From a virus: a stretch of 64,000 nt of DNA. Where the stretch lies: the IMG/VR virus record IMGVR_UViG_3300024324_000009, positions 96,001 through 160,000 of that record, one strand, 5' to 3'. The translations under genes were made by a program, and so were the position numbers. Below the pieces are notes generated by a model, which had not been told where the DNA came from, made no database searches, and saw nothing but the letters and a program-made list of their open reading frames with translations. This document shows, one piece after another, positions 38,923 through 45,740 of this stretch (position 1 is the first letter of the stretch; the number at the start of each line of letters is the position of its first letter).

Positions 38923-39247
38923 AGTTGTTACCCTCCTTTGTTTTATATGGACGAGTAGTTATCTTATTAAGATACATACGAGCATCCCTTACTACGTCTT
39001 TATTCCAACTTCGATAGTTTAGTAAATGTCCAAAAACAAAGTGACACCACTTATCACAAAGAGTAATTAGGTTAGAAGGGTCTAGTTCACGAGATGGATC
39101 GAGATGGACGGGAACGATATGGTGGACTTCTGGTTTCCTATCTGAACCACAAGCCTGACATACTGGCTGTTCTTTTAAATGTTCTTTACGTAACGCAGGC
39201 CATTTTGAAGAACGTGCTGCGTATCTCAATTCTCGCTTAAATAGCAT
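38861..39247 (-). CDS. HNH endonuclease
   Basis: CQACG, EVHHIVP, NLITLC..CH. Confidence 0.88.
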   Translation of the reverse strand: MLFKRELRYAARSSKWPALRKEHLKEQPVCQACGSDRKPEVHHIVPVHLDPSRELDPSNLITLCDKWCHFVFGHLLNYRSWNKDVVRDARMYLNKITTRPYKTKEGNNYETFDWYSAAVYNSSDNDPD

Positions 39248-39284
39248 AGTATTAAACCCAAAAGTAAATTAATCTAACTAGAGA

Positions 39285-39290
39285 TACACC
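39285..39290 (-). promoter_or_regulatory. GGTGTA promoter element
   Basis: TTTTTGGTGTAT upstream of the HNH gene. Confidence 0.5.
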
Positions 39291-39396
39291 AAAAACGGCA
39301 GACCCGTTATAAAATCTCACTCACAACAACAGGGTTTATTAAACCCAACCAACTGGGAAATAATGAGTCTGATATAACAACAGGGGTCTACCGTCA
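39291..39396 (-). ncRNA. candidate small RNA (long bulged hairpin ending in a U run)
   Basis: GACGGTAGACCC/GGGTCTGCCGTT, GTTATA/TATAAC, ACTCA/TGAGT, GGGTTT/AAACCC; own GGTGTA element at 39420. Confidence 0.6.
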
Positions 39397-39419
39397 TAGA
39401 TGTTTGTTATATTATTATA

Positions 39420-39478
39420 TACACCTTGATTGCCGGAACTATAGTAGCTGTGGATAAAGAAATAATTTTGCCGGTGTA
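39420..39478. promoter_or_regulatory. divergent pair of GGTGTA elements
   Basis: minus GGTGTATATAAT at 39420-39425; plus GGTGTAAATAAT at 39473-39478. Confidence 0.6.
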
Positions 39479-39529
39479 AATAATGATAGCGTTTATTTTT
39501 TTTTGGAAAATTTTTGAGAGGTTATTTAT

Positions 39530-40111
39530 ATGTCTAAGCCTAATAAGATACTTATTACTGGAACAGGCCGTTGCGGTACTACTTTTCTCATGAGACTGTT
39601 TGCTCATTTGGAAATGCCTAACGGAGTTAATGCTGACTCTAGTGAAAGAGGTGTTTTTGGTAACTGTAATTCAGGACTAGAGTTAGATGTGCATCTTACT
39701 AATGTAGCAAGAAGCCCATACATACTCAAGTGTCCTAGCTACATTGATAAACTACATGAAGCTGTCCAGAAGGTAGAAATTGATTGGTTGATCTTGCCAA
39801 TTCGTGAATACCAAGAAGCAGCACAAAGTAGAGCAGATCATGGCAGAGCCGCTGGAGGTTATCTAAGAGGTTCTAACATGCAAAGTGAATTGTCTGGTGC
39901 GTACAAAGCCATAGCACATGGCATTAGAGTAATGACGCAGTATGATATCCCTTTTATTCTTTTAGATTTTGGTCGTATGGTTAGCGATCATAGATATCTT
40001 TATAATAAACTAGAGCCTATTATGAAGAAATATGCTATAGACGGTAAAACCTTTGAGACTGCTTGGATTGCAGCATCAGCCAAAAGTAAAAAGAATACTA
40101 GGAGTAAATAA
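39530..40111 (+). CDS. sulfotransferase-like P-loop protein
   Basis: ILITGTGRCGTTFL, ILKCP, PIR...A..S; GAGG RBS; only credible plus-strand gene. Confidence 0.7.
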   Translation: MSKPNKILITGTGRCGTTFLMRLFAHLEMPNGVNADSSERGVFGNCNSGLELDVHLTNVARSPYILKCPSYIDKLHEAVQKVEIDWLILPIREYQEAAQSRADHGRAAGGYLRGSNMQSELSGAYKAIAHGIRVMTQYDIPFILLDFGRMVSDHRYLYNKLEPIMKKYAIDGKTFETAWIAASAKSKKNTRSK

Positions 40112-40115
40112 TTTT

Positions 40116-40139
40116 TAGGGGGTGCGAGAGCATCCCCTA
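40116..40139. terminator. hairpin between convergent genes (putative terminator)
   Basis: TAGGGGGTGC-GAGA-GCATCCCCTA. Confidence 0.7.
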
Positions 40140-40703
40140 TATTCTTCTCCTGTCTATGACAACACAAAAATCATCATAGCGTTTCTTTGCATCCCATCCG
40201 TCCCACACATAGGCTAATCCTTGAAGTGCATCAGGAACACACTTGATTATTTCCTTAGCATTATCATAACCATGAATATCTTCTGTGATCCAGACACCTT
40301 TATCTGACAACAGCGTTTGAGACAGACTAATTAAATACTTCTGTTGTTCTAACTTATGGGAACAGTCTTCTATAATAAGATCAAAGTCATTCCTAAAATT
40401 AGACTCAGCCCATTCTTTAAACTCTGGCTTTGAAACATCACCGACATAGAACTCATCGAATAGTTCACACCAAGTTTTATTGGAAGGTACATGACCAGAC
40501 ACAATATCTTTCCTGAGATCAGCACCTACTAAAAACTCTCCTATATTATTATCTTTAAGAAATTTAGCAAACCCACAGGAAGATGTTCCTATCTCTAGGA
40601 TTTTCCTGTGGGGTGTAAGGAAAAAGTTCTGATATAACAATCTATAGTTATGATAAGAGCAAAACTTATCAGTTTCATCTCTACTGCTTTCATAGTCCAG
40701 CAT
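40137..40703 (-). CDS. class I SAM-dependent methyltransferase
   Basis: TDK...H.Y...Y, ILEIG, FDLIIEDCSH, ITEDI. Confidence 0.8.
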   Translation of the reverse strand: MLDYESSRDETDKFCSYHNYRLLYQNFFLTPHRKILEIGTSSCGFAKFLKDNNIGEFLVGADLRKDIVSGHVPSNKTWCELFDEFYVGDVSKPEFKEWAESNFRNDFDLIIEDCSHKLEQQKYLISLSQTLLSDKGVWITEDIHGYDNAKEIIKCVPDALQGLAYVWDGWDAKKRYDDFCVVIDRRRI

Positions 40704-40723
40704 AATGTCCTCTTCTTTCTATT

Positions 40724-41728
40724 TTAATCCAGTAAACTCGCTGCAATTAAGCATCCTTTAGAAACAGAATGTAATGGGTCGTCTGCATGTTTTACAACCT
40801 CAATACCAAGAGGAAACCCTGACTCTTTCAATTTTTCCTCTAGTTTTTCTACATAACCTTCAGCCCTTGATGTGCCACCAGCAACAACAATCTTGATGTC
40901 ATCTTTAAACTTAGGTAAAGATTTGTGACCATCTAACGCTGCGGATAATTGTTTAGCAGTATAATCAATAAGTCTTTCATAGTAAGAAGCAACAGCACTT
41001 AAAACCGGATTGTCATTAGCTTCACCGACTTTAAAACCACCGCTTTCTTTTTCTACCTGTACAACACTATCAGCTTCACCTGTGGCAACTGCACTCATGC
41101 GGTCAACCCAATCACCTGACTTTGTGGTACTGAAGACTACTGTTGGTTCGCCGTTGAGCATAACACAAACATTGGTCATACCTGCACCACAACTAATGCC
41201 AATGCCAGTATAGTCTGTGTCTTCTAACTCAGCGTAACACAACGCTTCTGCTTCGTTCACTGACCTTGCATCATATCCTACTTCTGCAAGGATAGCTTGT
41301 ACTGTATCTTCGTGGAAGCCTACGTCAAAGTCTTCATCTTCTTGATCCACTGGTTGTGCAGGAACACAGTATACCAGTTTCTCACCTTCAGTTTCAGCCT
41401 GACCGACCACCTCTTTTAAAATGTAAGCCAATACACGTTTAGCTTCTTTTTCTTTTACGGAGATTACACCTCTGTGCATAGGACGACGAGCAGTTTCATT
41501 TCTTTCGACTGCCTTCTCAATAGCATCAGAACCGAGAAGAATAAAAGAGCCATCTTCATCTTTGACAAACACTTTTCCTGCCAAACCTTTTTCAATCATT
41601 TTATTCGCTATAGGGGTGGATGGTTTAATAATATAAAACGCATCTCTAAAATCTTTGAATTTAATATTGTCGCCCTCATACTGTGACATTACAATAAAAC
41701 TCGTGCCTACGTCAAGTCCGATTCCCAT
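40724..41728 (-). CDS. actin-family ATPase, volactin-like
   Basis: phosphate-1 GLDVGT, connect-1 NEAEA, phosphate-2 SCGAGMTN, adenosine VAGGTS, connect-2 PL.SV.KG. Confidence 0.85.
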   Translation of the reverse strand: MGIGLDVGTSFIVMSQYEGDNIKFKDFRDAFYIIKPSTPIANKMIEKGLAGKVFVKDEDGSFILLGSDAIEKAVERNETARRPMHRGVISVKEKEAKRVLAYILKEVVGQAETEGEKLVYCVPAQPVDQEDEDFDVGFHEDTVQAILAEVGYDARSVNEAEALCYAELEDTDYTGIGISCGAGMTNVCVMLNGEPTVVFSTTKSGDWVDRMSAVATGEADSVVQVEKESGGFKVGEANDNPVLSAVASYYERLIDYTAKQLSAALDGHKSLPKFKDDIKIVVAGGTSRAEGYVEKLEEKLKESGFPLGIEVVKHADDPLHSVSKGCLIAASLLD

Positions 41729-41730
41729 AA

Positions 41731-42036
41731 TTATTTACCTTTCATATTTTTTAGTTTACTAATTGCTGACTGCGTGTTGTCTTTTGATGTCTTGGTTTTA
41801 CCAAGAGAATCAAATTTCTTTTCTAAACTATCTGTAGCTATATGCTTATCTAATACAACTTTAGTATCGTCGATATTAATTGCATTATGCTTTCTTTCTT
41901 GCTCAATTTCTTTTTGTTTGTCGAAAAAACTTCTGGGCTTATCCGATGAGGCATTTGTTTTAGTGACATAAACGCCCCCAACAAAACCCATAGTAAACAC
42001 AAACAAATAAGATATAACATATATTGGTACTTCCAT
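41731..42036 (-). CDS. single-pass membrane protein
   Basis: N-terminal TM; charged tail ending SAISKLKNMKGK. Confidence 0.75.
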   Translation of the reverse strand: MEVPIYVISYLFVFTMGFVGGVYVTKTNASSDKPRSFFDKQKEIEQERKHNAINIDDTKVVLDKHIATDSLEKKFDSLGKTKTSKDNTQSAISKLKNMKGK

Positions 42037-42037
42037 A

Positions 42038-42424
42038 TCACCTATTAGATTTAAGCCACTTTAAATAGTTGCTTAGATCGTTATACCCCTTTCGTCGAGA
42101 TTTAATTTTGTTTTTCGATAAGTATACTGAATCAGGAATTGAGGATACACTGTATTCTTTTTTTATTTTAGTATTCTCGTCTACGTTTATTGTACAGATT
42201 ATAAGGTCTTTGAGTTCGTCTTTACTGACACTGGCAGACAAATCTTTTTTAAGCATCTTACAATATTTGCACCAATCTGCTGAGAAGACTAACAGTATAT
42301 CTATACCTAGATCGTTGCTAACTTTTACAGCACTCTCATAATTATTCATAAACACTGGCGGTCTAGCATATGCTGTGCCACCAATCAAACAAGCCAGTAC
42401 AAAGGCTATAGTTTTCTTTATCAT
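42038..42424 (-). CDS. exported thioredoxin-fold protein
   Basis: signal peptide ending AYA; FSADWCKYC; SIP cis-Pro loop. Confidence 0.88.
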   Translation of the reverse strand: MIKKTIAFVLACLIGGTAYARPPVFMNNYESAVKVSNDLGIDILLVFSADWCKYCKMLKKDLSASVSKDELKDLIICTINVDENTKIKKEYSVSSIPDSVYLSKNKIKSRRKGYNDLSNYLKWLKSNR

Positions 42425-42451
42425 ACATCACCTCCTGTTCGTATGACTATA

Positions 42452-42457
42452 TACACC
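42452..42457 (-). promoter_or_regulatory. GGTGTA promoter element heading the thioredoxin-membrane protein-actin unit
   Basis: intergenic, 28 nt from the ATG. Confidence 0.55.
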
Positions 42458-42469
42458 CTGACAAGGTTT

Positions 42470-43360
42470 TTACCTGATTTTGCCTAACACCCGTCCTTTA
42501 GGCGTTCTAACAACAAAACCCATTCTAATCATATACGGTTCAATGCTATTTGATATAGTATCCTCAGAGATGCCGCACATCGTAGCAATACTTTTGATAC
42601 CCATAGGTTGACCTATCTTCTTCTGTAACACATCAATGTACTTACGATCATTAACATCAAACCCATTCTTATCAATACCTTGCTTATTGAATATTGCCTC
42701 AACATCGTCTTTACGCTGATGGAACTGCACGTAACTCTTATACCATTGAAGTCTAGCATTTAGAACTCTAGGAGTACCCTTGCTACGTTTAGCAATATCC
42801 AGCAACTCATCATCAGTTAGTTCGTCAAGTCCCATCTTCTTTACATTCAACCTAGCTAGATTAGCTAACTCACTAGGCGTATAGAACTGTAGATGTTCTT
42901 TGATTACAAATCTGTCATAAAATGGTTGGGTTAGACTGCCACCATTAGTTGTTGCACCGATCATGCAAAACGGAGGGATGTCAATGCCTTCGTCTTCATT
43001 CTCCTGCATGAGATCAAGCCTGAAGTCTTCCATCACTGGATACAGGAACTCTTCTACAAGAGTAGGCAGACGATGAATCTCATCAATGAATACGATACTA
43101 CCACGCTCTACGCTCATGAGGTAAGGTATGATACTCTTAATATTTCTAATCGTAGCAGCATTTAGAGTATGGATTTTTACACCTAACTCATTAGCGATAG
43201 CATTAGACATAGTAGTCTTGCCTAAGCCCGGTGGGCCATCAAGTAATGTATGAGGCATAACGTCTCCGTCCTTGCATCCTGCAATCATAATACTCAGACG
43301 TTCTTTAACATCTGTTTGTCCAATTACATCTTCAAAAGTTGTTGGTCGTAGATTATTCAT
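42470..43360 (-). CDS. ruvB: Holliday junction branch migration ATPase RuvB
   Basis: LRP, GPPGLGKTT, FIDEIHRL, GATT, GTPR, EPY, RTPKGR. Confidence 0.95.
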   Translation of the reverse strand: MNNLRPTTFEDVIGQTDVKERLSIMIAGCKDGDVMPHTLLDGPPGLGKTTMSNAIANELGVKIHTLNAATIRNIKSIIPYLMSVERGSIVFIDEIHRLPTLVEEFLYPVMEDFRLDLMQENEDEGIDIPPFCMIGATTNGGSLTQPFYDRFVIKEHLQFYTPSELANLARLNVKKMGLDELTDDELLDIAKRSKGTPRVLNARLQWYKSYVQFHQRKDDVEAIFNKQGIDKNGFDVNDRKYIDVLQKKIGQPMGIKSIATMCGISEDTISNSIEPYMIRMGFVVRTPKGRVLGKIR

Positions 43361-43955
43361 TTAGTTTTGCTCCTTCTTTTCTGAGAACCAGTTCAATCAG
43401 TTTCTTCCTGTCAATCGTTAGGTCAGCACAGTTCTCTCTCATACAATCAGAAGCTAGCTTGCTCGCTGTTCCTGCATTGTAACCGTACTTCTTTAAAACC
43501 TTCACTGCCTCAGTTATAGCATACATCTGCTCATCTGTCAAGACATTAATTGCAAAAGTGTTTTCTACTGGAGCAAACTTAGATTCTTGCATATATCCAT
43601 GATCAGGGATTATCTTATTGTTATCAAAATTAAAATCTTTTAATACAGGATCATTGGACTCAGGGTCAGGAGTAGGAGTAGGAGTAGACTCAGGAGTAGA
43701 CTCAGGAGTATTAAATACTGGTTGAGTTTGTTTTGGTACAGGAGGAACCTTCTTATCATCATAGTAGACTTTCATTTTAGTAACGAACTGAGGTCGCAAT
43801 ATAGAGTTGCAATCAGGACAAACAATCATAAAGCCTTCTGTCATGGCTTCTGACAAGGTTATATAATTATCACACTCACATTCAGGACATTCGTATACTA
43901 AGTGTCCTTCAAACTTTTTAGGTTTCTGTTCGTTAAATGTTTTCCTGTTCTTCAT
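43353..43955 (-). CDS. zinc-ribbon protein with RuvA C-terminal (domain III)-like helix bundle
   Basis: CPEC...CPDC; Pro/Thr linker; EAVKVLKKYGY...A...LIELVLR. Confidence 0.65.
   Translation of the reverse strand: MKNRKTFNEQKPKKFEGHLVYECPECECDNYITLSEAMTEGFMIVCPDCNSILRPQFVTKMKVYYDDKKVPPVPKQTQPVFNTPESTPESTPTPTPDPESNDPVLKDFNFDNNKIIPDHGYMQESKFAPVENTFAINVLTDEQMYAITEAVKVLKKYGYNAGTASKLASDCMRENCADLTIDRKKLIELVLRKEGAKLNE
43657..43710. repeat. short in-frame tandem repeats encoding TPESTPESTPTPTPDPES
   Basis: gactcaggagta twice and ggagta units. Confidence 0.8.
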
Positions 43956-44361
43956 CTTGTCCATCCTTTTCTGGTTTCCAAAAAATAAAGTCTTGCTTTT
44001 CATCGTCGAAAGCACACTCAAGCTGTCCCTTGGCGACTAGGCCATTCATCAAATTACTGACTAACCTGCCAGTGATATCTTGTACCAACTTTTCGTATTC
44101 ATGTACTCCAATTATAAACCGTTTATCCTTTTTGTCAAATCGAATGTAGTCTTTTGATATAGTAGTTACTTCTTTTAAAGTTAGGTATTCATTTATTTCT
44201 TGTTTTTCCTCTTCGTCAAGATCATCATACTTATATTTAAGTAGTTCACTAGAGTCTTTATCGTGCATGGCACCAAATATTCCATATACCCAAACTCTAG
44301 TTGCTTGTAAAAAGTCTCCAAGTTTATCAATAACAAATTGTTCTTCATGATCATCCGACAT
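43933..44361 (-). CDS. hypothetical protein
   Basis: GAGG RBS; C-terminal L...G.LEC.FD....F resembles the C-terminus of 63342..63803. Confidence 0.7.
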   Translation of the reverse strand: MSDDHEEQFVIDKLGDFLQATRVWVYGIFGAMHDKDSSELLKYKYDDLDEEEKQEINEYLTLKEVTTISKDYIRFDKKDKRFIIGVHEYEKLVQDITGRLVSNLMNGLVAKGQLECAFDDEKQDFIFWKPEKDGQDEEQENI

Positions 44362-44368
44362 AATTACC

Positions 44369-44767
44369 TCAATTCATAATCTCGTAAAGATTTCTATAGT
44401 ACTCAGGTTCTTTTAAAATATATTTAGCGTGTTCTATCATATGTCTCTGCCATTCACTGTAGAGTCCCCAATCTTTAAACCAAAAGTTCTTCCATAATGG
44501 TTCTCCGTTATGACCCACTCCAAGGTACAGAGGAGGTTGATCCTCTGCACCATTGGGTGAATCACTCACAGGAAACTTCGGATTGAATGTGATGGCCTCG
44601 CCATCCACAAGTAGTTCATCTAATACGTTTTCTATCCAATCATTCCACTTCTGGTTCATTTCTTCAGGAGTCATTTTGCCAAACTCTTTAAAGAAATCAT
44701 CATAGCCTTCATGTGGATAGTAGTTGTATTCATCGTCATCAAACTCATTATGTTCTGGGTCTTTCAT
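44369..44767 (-). CDS. acidic hypothetical protein
   Basis: start refined to MKDPEH. Confidence 0.65.
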   Translation of the reverse strand: MKDPEHNEFDDDEYNYYPHEGYDDFFKEFGKMTPEEMNQKWNDWIENVLDELLVDGEAITFNPKFPVSDSPNGAEDQPPLYLGVGHNGEPLWKNFWFKDWGLYSEWQRHMIEHAKYILKEPEYYRNLYEIMN

Positions 44768-44786
44768 AATAATTCTACCTTTCTTA

Positions 44787-44835
44787 AAAGTACAGGTGGG
44801 AATCGAACCCACCCTGCTTCACCAGAATGTACATT
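44787..44835 (-). ncRNA. tRNA-like mini-element lacking an anticodon arm
   Basis: GTACA/TGTAC stem; CTG-GTGAAG-CAG D-like loop; T-arm GGTGGG-TTCGATT-CCCACC. Confidence 0.55.
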
Positions 44836-44841
44836 GCTTCT

Positions 44842-45720
44842 TTAGAAGCAGTCGTCATCATCATAATCTTCGTCGTCTTCGTCGTCTTCGTCGTACTCAT
44901 CAAACGAATCCCAGTAAGCAGGAGAGTACCATCTTGGATCGCCATTTGCGTTAATATCCTCTTCATCATGGTATTCGTCCTCCTCAAATTCAGCCTTATA
45001 CAAAGGTTTCGGCAGTTCGCCTTGGTATTCACCAACAACCTCGTATTTGCAGGTTCTTAGTTTCTCGCAGTTGCAATCACTAGGAACACTTACAACGTCT
45101 GCTGGGTTTATCTTAACGATAACGATTCGATCATTGTTATCTACGCTGCCATAGTTTGCAACATAGTTCAATGCTCCAGCGTGTAGTCCTTGCGAACAGC
45201 CGACACTTCTATTGTCGTCTACTTTTGCTCTCGGCATCTCACAAACACTACCTACTTGATTATCAAAGACTCCACGCCATTTATCTTTGAAGTCTTTGTT
45301 TACTGCCTTGTATGCCAGAAAACAACCGTCTTCTGTAATTGGCAGATTCTCATGCTCCAAGAAATCGTAGAGTTCTCTTTGACTCTGCATACTTGGATTT
45401 TCCATTGCATTATTTAAAAAGTTTACAAGAGGCTCAAACGGCAGACCTTTACTCATAAACTCTAGGATTCGCTTGGATACACTTCCATGCACTTCTTCAC
45501 CTGCATGTAGCACTCTGCCATCCTTAATTACTACCTGACCAGAAGAGTAGGCTTCAACCGATGCTTCTAGATCAACCAGTATCACCAACTCATCTTCCGT
45601 TGCAGTTGGCAGAACTTCTAAAATGTTCTCATAGTTAACGTGATCTGGAAGAACCTGATAGGCTTTGCCCTTCAGCATTACTGTCAAATTTCCATCAACA
45701 AACATAAAAGGTACACTCAT
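44842..45720 (-). CDS. rIIB: rIIB-like protein
   Basis: L..FL......NPS, ELY.FL, PIT.DG.F.AYK, CS.GLH.G...Y, VKINP.DVVSVP.D, R.C.YEV. Confidence 0.9.
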   Translation of the reverse strand: MSVPFMFVDGNLTVMLKGKAYQVLPDHVNYENILEVLPTATEDELVILVDLEASVEAYSSGQVVIKDGRVLHAGEEVHGSVSKRILEFMSKGLPFEPLVNFLNNAMENPSMQSQRELYDFLEHENLPITEDGCFLAYKAVNKDFKDKWRGVFDNQVGSVCEMPRAKVDDNRSVGCSQGLHAGALNYVANYGSVDNNDRIVIVKINPADVVSVPSDCNCEKLRTCKYEVVGEYQGELPKPLYKAEFEEDEYHDEEDINANGDPRWYSPAYWDSFDEYDEDDEDDEDYDDDDCF

Positions 45721-45740
45721 AATCATTTACTCCTGTGAAA

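Noticed and set aside
43657-43710. Tandem repeat as a phase-variation or origin element
   Set aside because: Units are multiples of 3 and encode a Pro/Thr linker
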